DNA of 64,000 nucleotides from Octopus sinensis (lineage: Eukaryota), in NCBI RefSeq assembly GCF_006345805.1, contig NC_043001.1, forward strand, positions 36,828,001-36,892,000, given 5' to 3'. This document shows positions 53,730 through 64,000 of the stretch, in pieces. The first letter of the stretch is position 1. Each line of letters starts with the position of its first letter. Under the pieces are notes generated by a model. It had not been told where the DNA came from. It did not search any database and worked only from the letters and a program-made list of their open reading frames with translations. The position numbers were made by a program, and so were the translations under genes.

Positions 53730-53732
<3 letters not shown>
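53540..53732 (+). mobile_element. Penelope-like terminal-repeat unit with minimal hammerhead (~53608-53642), inverted relative to the adjacent ORF
   Basis: GTTT-CCGACGA-A-GAGC(TCT)GCTC-GAAAC-GTT-AAC. Same family as 18682-18853. Confidence 0.75.
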
Positions 53733-53761
<29 letters not shown>

Positions 53762-53769
53762 ATATATGC

Positions 53770-53915
53770 ATACACACGACAGGGCTTCTTTCAGTTTTCG
53801 TCTACCAAATCCATTCTGAAGGCTTTTACCGGCCCAAGGCTATAGTAGAAGGTGCCTCGCAGTGATACCGAATCTGGAACCATGTGGCTTAGAAGCAAGC
53901 TTCTTATCACACAGC
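53770..53915 (-). mobile_element. 5' half of CORE-type SINE
   Basis: ACGACAGGGCTTCTTTCAGTTTTCGTCTACCAAATCC...GGAACCATGTGG...ACACAGCCA. Confidence 0.8.
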
Positions 53916-53995
53916 CATGCACTCTAGCAAAGAAAAAAAAGGAAAAGGGAATAAAAATGAAGCAGTATCTTTTCTTGTATTGCTGTGTCTGTTGA

Positions 53996-54047
<52 letters not shown>

Positions 54048-54130
54048 GAGAGAGTGGAAGACAAACATATAGACAGACTGATAGATAGATAGATAGATAG
54101 ATGATAGATAGATAGATAGATAGATAGATT

Positions 54131-54190
<60 letters not shown>

Positions 54191-55077
54191 ATAGATAGAC
54201 AAATACCTACATACATGCCATTTGTCTTTCACTGAGATGAATGAATGCAGATATAAGAGATTAAAAGAAAACTACTGTTTATAGAATCATAAGACTTATG
54301 AGATTCATATACCAATGCATATTTGGTAAATTGGGGAACTAATAAACTTTAGCTTTACCTTTATCTCCAACTTGATGTGAACCCTTACTAACGTTACCGA
54401 ATTACATTTTATGCGTTCTTCTCAGGCTATGGGCATACAACTTCCTTTCTGCATCAACAAACACAGCAATAAAGGAAAAAAGGTGTTGCTTCATTTCTAT
54501 TCCCTTCGTCTTCTTCTTTTTTTCTTTTCCTAGAGTCTGAACGATGTATCGTTGCTGAAGTAAAATATCGTAAGAATGCCGACATTTCTATTAAGGGCAG
54601 TTACTCTGGTATTTTTATATTTGCCAGTAAAGAACTACAGAACAACGGAAACGGGGAAAACATTTCGCACGTGCTGAACTCTAAAAGCAAAAAAAAAAAC
54701 AAAGAGTACTAGTAAAATAAAATAAAATAGAATGAATAACAAAGGTACAAGAAATATGTGTATTTTCTCGCTCTCCTAAAATATTACCGTTGTATGAGTT
54801 TCGCCCATAAAAAAAAAAACGTTCCTTTGAACTATGATAGACATTAAAATGAAAATACTTAAGATATAAAAAAAATTAGTTCTGATGAGAAGCGGGGGTG
54901 GGGATGGGGGAATAACAGTTTTTACCAAATAAATCATGTCGCACAGAAATGAACTTACACAGTTATTTTCAATTTTTATAAATTGCATTTTTGCGATACG
55001 ATGCCACTAAAAAAAATAACGAATACATAAATATTATTGTCCTGGTCATTTATATCCATATTTTTAATATCATTACT

Positions 55078-55735
55078 CTTTTACTCTCTTACTTGTTTCA
55101 GTCATTTGACTGTGGCCATGCTGGAGCACCGCTTTTGGTCGAGCAAATCGACCCCCAGGACTTATTCTTTGGAAGCCTAGTACTTATTCTATCGGTCTCT
55201 TATGCCGAACCGCTAAGTTACGGGGGCGTAAACACACCAGCATCGGTTGTCGAGCGATGTTGGAGGGACAAACACAGATGCACAAACATATACACGCACA
55301 TACATATATATGCACATATATATAGGCGGCGAGCTGGTAGAAACGTTAGCACGCCGGGCGACCTGCGTAGCCGTATTTCGTCTGTCGTTACGTTCCGAGT
55401 TCAAATTCCGCCGAGGTCGACTTTGCCTTTCATCCTTTCGGGGTCGATAAATTAAGTACCAGTTACGCACTGGGGCCGATGTAATCAACTTAATCCCTTT
55501 GTCTGTCCTTGTTTGTCCCCTCTGTGTTTAGCCCCTTGTGGGTAGTAAAGAAATATATATATGCACATATATACGACGGGCTTCTTTCAGTTTCCGTCTA
55601 CCAAATCCACTCACAAGGCTTCGGTCGGCCCGAGGCTATAGTAGAAGACACTTGCCCATGGTGCCACGCAATGGAACTGAACCCGGAACCATGTGGTTAG
55701 TAAGCAACCTACGTACCACACAGCCACTCCTACGC
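55078..55735 (-). mobile_element. CORE-type SINE interrupted by a Meta-like SINE (55325-55552, plus)
   Basis: Host tail 55078-55300 and head/core 55574-55735. The insert is flanked by a 19-bp duplication ATATATATGCACATATATA (55304-22, 55555-73). Confidence 0.9.
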
Positions 55736-55754
55736 CTATAAATATATATTTATG

Positions 55755-56039
55755 CACCCTTTTCAAGCCTAGCCAGGCTCATGGGGCTTGTTTCCCGGGT
55801 TCTATAGCGTATGTGTTCTCCCCAGCTGAACGGGACGCCTGTCCATCGCAGCGTTACTCAAGAAACAGGAAGAAAGAGTGAGAGAAAGTTAGGTCGATAG
55901 AGTAGAACAGGGGTCGCCAGCACCCCCTACCGGAGCCTTGTGGATCTTTAGGTGTTTTCACTCAATAACCACACACAGCGCCCGGTCTAGGAATCGAAAC
56001 CGCGATCCTCCGACCGCGAGTCCGCTGCCCTAACCATTG
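55755..56039 (-). mobile_element. tRNA-derived SINE (18339 family, alternative tail)
   Basis: Minus-strand head CAATGGTTAGGGCAGCGGACTCGCGGTCGGAGGATCGCGGTTTCGATTCC. Confidence 0.85.
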
Positions 56040-56049
56040 TTTAGTTTTA

Positions 56050-56270
56050 AGGGGCCGTGAGCTGAGAGAATTGTTAGCATGTTGTGTAAAATGCTTAAAC
56101 GGTGTTTCGTCAGTCTTTACACTCTGAGTTCAAACTCCACCGAGGTCGACTTTAACTTTCATCCTTCCTGGGTCGATAAATAAAGTAGAAGTTGAGCATT
56201 AGGGACTCTGTAATCGACTCACCCACGAGCTTGCCAGCCTTGTCCCAAAATTTTGAAAACTATGTCAAAG
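56050..56270 (+). mobile_element. Meta-like SINE
   Basis: GAGTTCAAACTCCACCGAGGTCGACTTTAACTTTCATCCTTCCTGGGTCGATAAA. Confidence 0.8.
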
Positions 56271-56387
56271 AAATTTTTCTTAGTTCGTTATATTAATGGG
56301 TAGTAACCAACTGAACCCCCACACACACACACACACGCACGAATTCATATATACATGTGTGTGTGTGTGTGTGTATAGAGAGAGAGA

Positions 56388-56525
56388 GACAGGTGGTATT
56401 AATATAACGCTCGGGAAGGGAAAAAGTCTTTAACGTTTCGAGCCTACGCTCTTCCACAGAAAGGAATACAGAAAGAAACAAGGAGAGAAAATAAAGAATG
56501 TTTAGTGGCTAGCGATCTATCATGG
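56388..56525 (-). mobile_element. Second copy of the 4722-4895 repeat with hammerhead-like motif (56428-56463; core CUGUGGA)
   Basis: Minus strand CTTT-CTGTGGA-A-GAGC(GTAG)GCTC-GAAAC-GTT-AAAG. Confidence 0.7.
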
Positions 56526-56596
56526 TGCATCTACATATAAGTATATATATATTTATATGAATATTCATGCATATACATACGTATATGTATGTACGT

Positions 56597-56663
<67 letters not shown>

Positions 56664-56922
56664 TATAAGTTTCTTTATTGGCCACACAGGGCGGCACACA
56701 GATGGGACAAGTTACAAGGTAGAGCTTTTCTTTTGGGGGATGAAAAAAAAAAAATAAAAGGGGTGGCGTAGGTTTTCGATCAAGAGGGATCGTAAAAGGG
56801 AAGAAAAGAACAAAAAAAAATAAAATAAAAAAATAAAATAAAATAAAAAGATAGATAGATAGATAGATAGATGAATTTTATAGATGTATTAGTATACATA
56901 CATACATACATACATACATACA

Positions 56923-56953
<31 letters not shown>

Positions 56954-57617
56954 TATATTTACGAATGTATTTTATAAGGATTTTTCCATGCAGAAAAACA
57001 TTTATATTTTGTTTTAGTTATTTGTCATCCAGCTATGAACAGCTCGATTGTAATCAACTATAATTAACTTATGTTACTTAATAACACAGCTTCCGTTTAA
57101 CGAAAAAATATAGTAGAATACTAGCTTTCACCCATTAATGATTTTAGACGAATAAAATACCAAAAAGGCGGGGTGTAATTTTTATGACCATCTTAGCGGA
57201 TGACGAAATCCCATTTTTAGTTTGACAACTATGCACGTGTGAGATGAAAAGTTTGAAAAAAAAATGGAAGTCTAAAGGAATTGGAAATATCCTGTTGCTG
57301 TAATTCGTTCGGAAATCTCAGCTGGAGTTAAGCTTTGTTTTTGATTTTTTTTTTAATTATATTGAGTAGGATTTAGTATTCTGTGTATACGCATAAAAGT
57401 ATGTAGCAGACTCGAACACACGCATATAGAAATGCGTACACATGCATGCACACGCATACACACACACACATACATACACACACACACAGTCATGCTCATG
57501 CACAAATACATATACACCTACAATGACAAACCTGTGTGTGTGTTTACCATTATACATACATGCATACACACGTATACACACGCACGCACACTTTCTCTCT
57601 AACTCACACACACACAC

Positions 57618-57652
<35 letters not shown>

Positions 57653-58029
57653 AACGTATTTATATACATACATATATAGGTATCTATGTGTGTGTGTGTA
57701 ATATATAGAGAAAGGGAAGGAGAGAAGGGGAGAGAAAATGTGTGTGTTTTCGTATGTGTGTGTGTTCGTATGTGTGTTCGTGTGTGTATGTGTGAATGTC
57801 CACCTGGGAGTTGATAAAAAAAGAATTTCAGAAAATGAGCAAATTGTTTTCCCTATTTTTGTGACCAACTTTAAATTATTTGTATTTTTTTTCATGTCAT
57901 GCATCTCACTTCCTGCCTCGAATATTAATATGTTTTGATAAAGTACATGACCTCAAAAATACCCGTTTAGCATACTGATATATAAAATTATTCTTGCATC
58001 TCATTAAAACAAATTGGAAAGTAGTATCG

Positions 58030-58252
58030 CTTTCAAGTTTTGGCTCAAGGCCAGCAATTTCACATTGAAGGATATGCGTATTAGTTCGATTCCCCCACTG
58101 CTCAACCGGTACTTATTTCATCGACTCCCGAACGGGATGAAAGCTAAAGTCGAGCTCGGCGGAATTCGAACTCGGAACGTGTAAAGACGGAACGAAATGC
58201 CGCTACGCATTTTGCCTGATGTTCTAACGATTCTGCCAGCTCGCTGCCTTAA
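58030..58252 (-). mobile_element. Meta-like SINE
   Basis: GGTACTTATTTCATCGAC..GGATGAAAGCTAAAGTCGAGCTCGGCGGAATTCGAACTC..CTAACGATTCTGCCAGCTCGCTGCC. Confidence 0.85.
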
Positions 58253-58389
58253 ACTGGGAATTAATATTGGAGAGAGATACTCCGAATTGGGAATTGAAAT
58301 CGACAAAAGGGGATCACTGTATTGAAAATATTCCAGTACCGTCTGGTACACATCATATGTTCATTGACTTATGTTATCTTTTATCATTT

Positions 58390-58760
58390 ATTTATTTCAT
58401 TTATTGGACTGGGGCCATGCTGGGGCACCCACTTGGCGGGTTTTAGTCGATGAAAGGGACCCCAGTACACATGATTTTGCTTTTTTTTTTAATTTCGGTC
58501 TCTTTTGCTGAATCGCCTAGTTACGGGGAAGTGAACTAACCAACACCGGTCGTCAAGCGGTGGTTTGGGAAAAACACAAATACAGGCATTAAAAACACAC
58601 ACAAACAATATACACACGCACGCACACACATGCACGCATGTATGCGATGGACCTTCACTCAGCTTCCGTCTATCAAATTTACTCACAAGGCAATAGGCTG
58701 TCCTTGGCTTTCACAGAAGTCATTTTCCCAATGTGCCGTGCAGTGGGACTGAAGCCGAGA
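58390..58760 (-). mobile_element. Diverged CORE-type SINE
   Basis: GGCCATGCTGGGGCACC, AGTTACGGGGAAGTGAAC..GTCAAGCGGTGG and GTCTATCAAATTTACTCACAAGG..GCAGTGGGACTGAA. Confidence 0.75.
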
Positions 58761-58804
58761 AGAATAAAATACTATGGCGAATCTGACGGGATTTTTAATG
58801 TGAA

Positions 58805-59100
58805 GCTTAACTTGTTTGTTCCTTCTCGAGCCACGCCTGGCTCATAAGGACCGGTTTCCCGGTTCCCTTGGCGTATAGGTTCCCCACCTGGACGGACGCC
58901 GGTCTGTTGCAGATGAGCTGCTAGATGCAGGAGGAAAGAGTGAGAGAAAATTGTGGCGAAAGAGTCAGCAGAAGTTCGCCATTTCCTTCTGCCGGAGCCG
59001 CGTGGAGCTTAGGTGTTTAGCTCATAAACACAGACATCGCCCGGTCTGAGATTCGAACTCACGATCCCTCGACCGCTAGTCTGCTGCTTCTAACCACTCC
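58805..59100 (-). mobile_element. tRNA-derived SINE (18339 family)
   Basis: CCTTCTGCCGGAGCCGCGTGGAGCTTAGGTGTT..CCCGGTCTGAGATTCGAAC..CTAACCACT. Confidence 0.8.
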
Positions 59101-59682
59101 GAAGCTTAACTTAAATAGATATAAAGAAATACTTTTATGATATCTAGACAATGATTTAGTGACCTTCATAGTGTTAATTGCTTAAAATTACATCCACCGT
59201 GAGAGGGAGAAGCCATTAATTCATTTATTTATTCTGCTAAAGAAAAGAGAAAGCGAGATGAATGCAGACCCTAAATTAAATGAAACTGAATGGTGGAATG
59301 CAGGAGGAGTAAGTCTTTTACACACGCATTTCTACTGTAGTACTGGTTTTCTTGACAATGGTTTCCAAGTTATATGTCAAAATAACCAAACTGTAGCAGT
59401 TCCAATTGATAAAACATTTGTCATAATTGAACTTAAATAGCGCTAGTAATAAATAAAGAGGCTTTTCTTGCCGATATGATACCAAATCTGTGAGGCTACG
59501 ATGACGTCTATTTTTGAAGCATTTCTAAATAAATATATAATGGATTTATGAAAAACATCAATAAATAATCTTTTAAATGTCTTCTACTAAGATTCAGCAG
59601 AAGCAAATTTACTAAAAAAATAAGATAAGAATTATAACTAACTGATATTAATGTATATATCCATATTTCCATCTTCCCTTAA

Positions 59683-59723
<41 letters not shown>

Positions 59724-59784
59724 TATATGCATAGTTTTTATCCATTTCTTATATACATATACATACATGTATAAAGATATATAG

Positions 59785-59817
<33 letters not shown>

Positions 59818-60671
59818 TGTATGTATGTATGTATGTATGTATGTATGTATGTATGTATGTATGTATGTGTGTGTGTATGTATTTATGTATGTATGTATGT
59901 ATGTATGCATGTATGTATGTATCTATCTATGTATGTATATCATTTCTGATTCTTAGTTGAACAGAAATAAATACCCATGCATTAATATAAGTATTATATC
60001 CTATCATTTAATGAAAGTATATTATATAAATAGTCATATCTATATTGCGTATATATATGTTTAGAGTTACTAGATAAAAATGCTTATATAGTTGGTAGCC
60101 AATAATTTTTAAGTGTACAGGTCAAAATGTTAAGAAATTCGTTGAAAAATTAAACAATAATAGACATAGTGGGATTCATACGCAACACAGAAATGTACAA
60201 ACCTCTTAAAACTCAAGCAGTTTCTTACTTTAGAGTATTTGATATATGAAAAACTTAACACTACTGGATAGAAAAACCAATATGGCACTCTGTCGATTAT
60301 GACAACGACCGTTGATCCGATCAATGGAACAGCCTGCTCGGGAAATTAAGGTGCAGGTGGTTGAGCACCGCACAGACACGTGTACCCGTAACATAGTTCT
60401 CGGGGACTGTCCTTTAATACGGTCGCACATGCAGAGATGAAAAAGATTTCTGGTACAAATTATTAAATATATAAATAAATGAGTGGAAATTGAACCGGTG
60501 AGTGTGTTATATTAAGGCACTACTATGGCTCTCCCTAGACACAACAAAATCTGTTTTAATCACACGAATTCACATAAGGAATCTTGCAAACCAGATATAA
60601 AAACGAAGTATATATATATAGGAGAGTACTGTAGTTCGCTTGAAGCATTGTGTATTGTTTATAAAGTATAT

Positions 60672-60983
60672 AACAATGCACTATAATACAGACAATGGAC
60701 TATATACCTGTTGTAATTTAGTCATCCATAGTCTGATATGATATTTCGGAATAATATTCCTTCTTCAGATATTCTTAGATGGAGTCGCTACTATAATCGG
60801 TTTTCTAACGGCTTTTGCTTTTTTATTTAATAGAAAAGAAAAGCCGTTAGAAAACCGATTATAGCAGCGACTCCATCTAAGAATGTCTGAAGAAGGAATA
60901 TTATTCCGAAATATCATATCAGACTTTGGAGGACTAAATTACAACAGGTATATAGCCCATTCTCTGTATTATAGTGCATTGTT
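60672..60983. mobile_element. ~312-bp near-perfect palindrome with a minimal hammerhead in each arm (60736-60772 minus, 60883-60919 plus)
   Basis: Arms meet at ~60824-60832. The plus arm reads ATGT-CTGAAGA-A-GGAAT(ATT)ATTCC-GAAA-T-ATC-ATAT. Confidence 0.8.
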
Positions 60984-61012
60984 GTACCATTCAAAACTTT
61001 TTATTCTTTATG

Positions 61013-61075
<63 letters not shown>

Positions 61076-61269
61076 AATAAAGCTAAAACATGGGCTAGTT
61101 TTCAAGGTTTTTATTATTGTATTTTTAAAAATTGAAGTGTGATAAACATTACAAAATATTTTGTAATGTTCATAAAATTCAATTAGCTCTTTCATACTGA
61201 GTTCTTGACGAGTGTAGTAGAATGACTCACTTCTTCATTTTTATACCTCTTAGAAGACTCCAACTATCA

Positions 61270-61550
61270 ATGCTGGAAGACCATTCTATACGGCGACGTA
61301 AACAAACCAGCACCGGTTGTTAAACGGTACGAGGAGAATAAAGACGTATGTTTACACTCACACGCATATGTGTGTATATACGATGTGCTTCCACAGTTTC
61401 CATCTGCCTAATTCACTTAGGAGACTTTAGTCAACCTGATGATATAATAGAAGATATTTCGTCAAGGGACTGCGCAGTAGAACTGAAGCCAAAGCCACCT
61501 GGCTTCGAAGCAAACTTGTTAATCACACAGCAATACCTACGCCTCCTCAC
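61270..61550 (-). mobile_element. Diverged CORE-type SINE
   Basis: CGTAAACAAACCAGCACCGGTTGTTAAACGG...ATAATAGAAGATATTTCGTCAAGG..GCAGTAGAACTGAA..ATCACACAGCAATACCTACGCC. Confidence 0.65.
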
Positions 61551-62113
61551 ACAATGCAGCAATATATTTACTTGAAGGCTAAACTCACTTGTGTTATTAG
61601 CTTCCCATATTGCACATGTTCTCTCAGACAGTTTCTGAAACAATCATACCACAGTTGGTAACAGTCTCAGAAGTATTAAGATTTACCTACCAATACATAA
61701 AAGTAAGTACTAATACATACCTGCTCTCTCTCTCTCTCTCACTCTCCCTCTTTCCTTCTCTCTCCCTCACACACATACACACGCACATACAGTATGTATA
61801 ATTATGTGTATATACCTGGTAATAAATATGTTTAAGCAGCATATATGCTCGTGTATATATATATGTGTGAGTGTGTTAGTGCGCAATTATATTTCTGTTG
61901 TTTCGGCGCATGTGTCAGTATGCTGGTTGTTATAGGTAGGCCCAGAGGTTACATACCAGGTGAAAACAGGAAATTAAAATACATAAGAATACCTGAAAAT
62001 CATATTTTAAATAGAAATCTTCATAGATAGATCGATATGGCTGCTACGACTAATGTTCCATATGTTTTGAGGTTGTGAAAGCAAATGTAGATGTGTGAGT
62101 GTATATATGTATG

Positions 62114-62147
<34 letters not shown>

Positions 62148-62659
62148 TGTATGTATGTATATATATGTATATATATATGTGTGTATGTGTGTATACATAT
62201 GCATAAACATATATATATATATATATATTATATACACACACATGTCTCTACATGCATGTATGCATGTATAGATAAATAGATAAAAGACACATACCCAGGC
62301 ATACATACACATACATATACACACTGATTCAGACACACATATAGCTTTAGTGAAAGTCCATAATAAATTTAGTAATTGTCTATACATTTTTTCATACGAA
62401 GATAAGTCTATGCTATTTATGTGCGATTAACAAACCTGATTCATTTATATTATATATTATGGTATAATATATAATAAGTACGAGTTAGAAAGCTAAGTCA
62501 ACAGAGGAGCGTTCCAACTAAATGAAATCTTCAAATGGTTTGAGTGTGCAGGTCTCCGGTATGAAAGGGTCTAAAACGGGTCAGCAGAAGGGCACTCACG
62601 AGACACAACCTGCATGAAACCCGACTCCTCACAGTGTATGATGAAACATTGATATGTTC

Positions 62660-62860
62660 AAATTTTGGCCAGTAATTTAGGAGAAGGAGTAAGTCGATTA
62701 CATCGAGACCGGTGTTCAACTGGTACTTATTTTATCGACGCCGAAAGAAATGCAAGGAAAAGTCGACCGTAGCGGAATTCGAATTCAGAACGTAAAGATG
62801 GGTGAAAAGCCGTTGAGAATATTGCCCGGCGTGCTAACGATTGTGTTAGCTTGTCGCCGT
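62660..62860 (-). mobile_element. Meta-like SINE
   Basis: CAAATTTTGGCCAG..AACTGGTACTTATTTTATCGAC..AAAGTCGACCGTAGCGGAATTCGAATTCAGAACG..GCTAACGATT. Confidence 0.8.
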
Positions 62861-63015
62861 CTATCATAAAATATTTCATAATTTCGTGTTCGATTTAACA
62901 TTTCTCAGGTTGCAAGTTACATCAAATATTTTAGTAATCAATGTGATTATCATCTACAAATACAACGGTTCAAATGTTTGCTTAGCATAGCAGTGGATTA
63001 ACTCAGGTAAATGTA

Positions 63016-64000
63016 CAAGGTGTCCTAGAAAGATCTGCCCATTGATATTTCTTAATTATTCAAAATAAACTTTAAGGTAGAATACTGAAAACTGGCACAT
63101 ACGTTCTAAAGTAAATTGTCAATCCATTGAAGTAGCTACATTTTAAAATGACCACCTTTCGCCTTGATCATAGCCTGGAAGCTAGTGGTCGCTGGGTTGC
63201 ATGAGTGCCATACCATCTCTTCATCCAATTTAACCTATGAAGACAGAAGGGCAATTTTTTTCAGATCTGGCACATTTGAATAGGAGCGAGCATAAACGTT
63301 ACTCTCTAAGATGGACCAGATAGCAAAGTCCGTGGGATTGTGTCTGAACTTGAGAGAAGTCATATCGTCTTGTCCCAAAAACCACTGAAATACTTTTTGC
63401 ACTAAGTCTGTGTCAAATTGGATGTGTGAGCCGGAGTCCCGTCTTGGGTAAAGATGTAACGCCCACCAAAGGTTTCTGTGACGCAGGGTAACACTTTCTC
63501 ATCAAACATTTCCACATAAACTTCACTGTTGACATTGACGTCAGCATCGATAAAGATCAAGGGAGACTTGAACCCATCAGATGCCACTGAGGTCCACACT
63601 ATGAGTGAAGTTGGCTTCTGACGGCGAAAATGACTCCTGCTACCTTCGGGTAAGTCTCTTGCATAATGTGCACAAAGCCTTTCAATCTAACAATTGATAA
63701 CTACCTCCACGGCGAAGACCGTCTCGTCGGCCCAGATCAAAACTTTGTTAGCAGCGTGGTTTTCTTCCTATCGAGCTGTTTCTTCTTGGAATCTGCTGAA
63801 ATTAACTACTGGAATTGGCTTTTTCTTTCTATGTAGTTAGCTTTAAATCCTCTTTAAAAATACTGTGTATTGATGATTTCGAAATATCAAGAGCTTTTGT
63901 AATTTTTCTTGCACACCTGCGAAGATTTCGGTTCATTCACTTCTCACAACTCCAACAGTTTGTTTGGTATGAATTGATCGTTTCCTGCCAGGAATTGGCT
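63016..64000 (-). mobile_element. Tc1/mariner DD37D (maT-type) transposon remnant, truncated by the window edge
   Basis: TA at 63014-15 followed by TIR-like CAAGGTGTCC. Minus frames give HTH (RKITKALDISKSSIHSIF), VLIWADE (D1), YIFTQDG (D2) and, after correcting a frameshift, SSSD.NPTDFAIWSILE (D3, 37-residue spacing). Confidence 0.85.

Overview
AT-rich eukaryotic DNA saturated with microsatellites and retroelements. It is most likely octopus/cephalopod (inferred from the tRNA-derived CORE-, Meta- and Ceph-type SINE families and Dong/R4, RTE and Penelope fragments). I found no recognisable host protein-coding exon; nearly all ORF-track entries are microsatellite or SINE artefacts. Transposase/RT remnants are a full-length mariner with TIRs and TA TSD (12454-13723, catalytically frameshifted), a Penelope RT + GIY-YIG fragment (51806-53486), a DD37D (maT) Tc1/mariner running off the right edge, and Dong/R4 and RTE LINE pieces. 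The main unexplained structure is a dense set of about a dozen hammerhead-ribozyme motifs from several unrelated short repeat families. Several lie in fold-back (long inverted-repeat) elements with the ribozymes pointing outward from the centre (24371-24922, 41594-42321, 43651-44167, 60672-60983). One fold-back joins head-to-head tRNA-derived Pol III promoters to a hammerhead tail. Another holds a canonical type I hammerhead (CUGACGA core, GUC site, 8-bp helix I). These look like Penelope-mobilised, retrozyme-like non-autonomous elements (inference). Boundaries of degenerate repeats are approximate (about +/-10 nt), and all folds were derived by eye.
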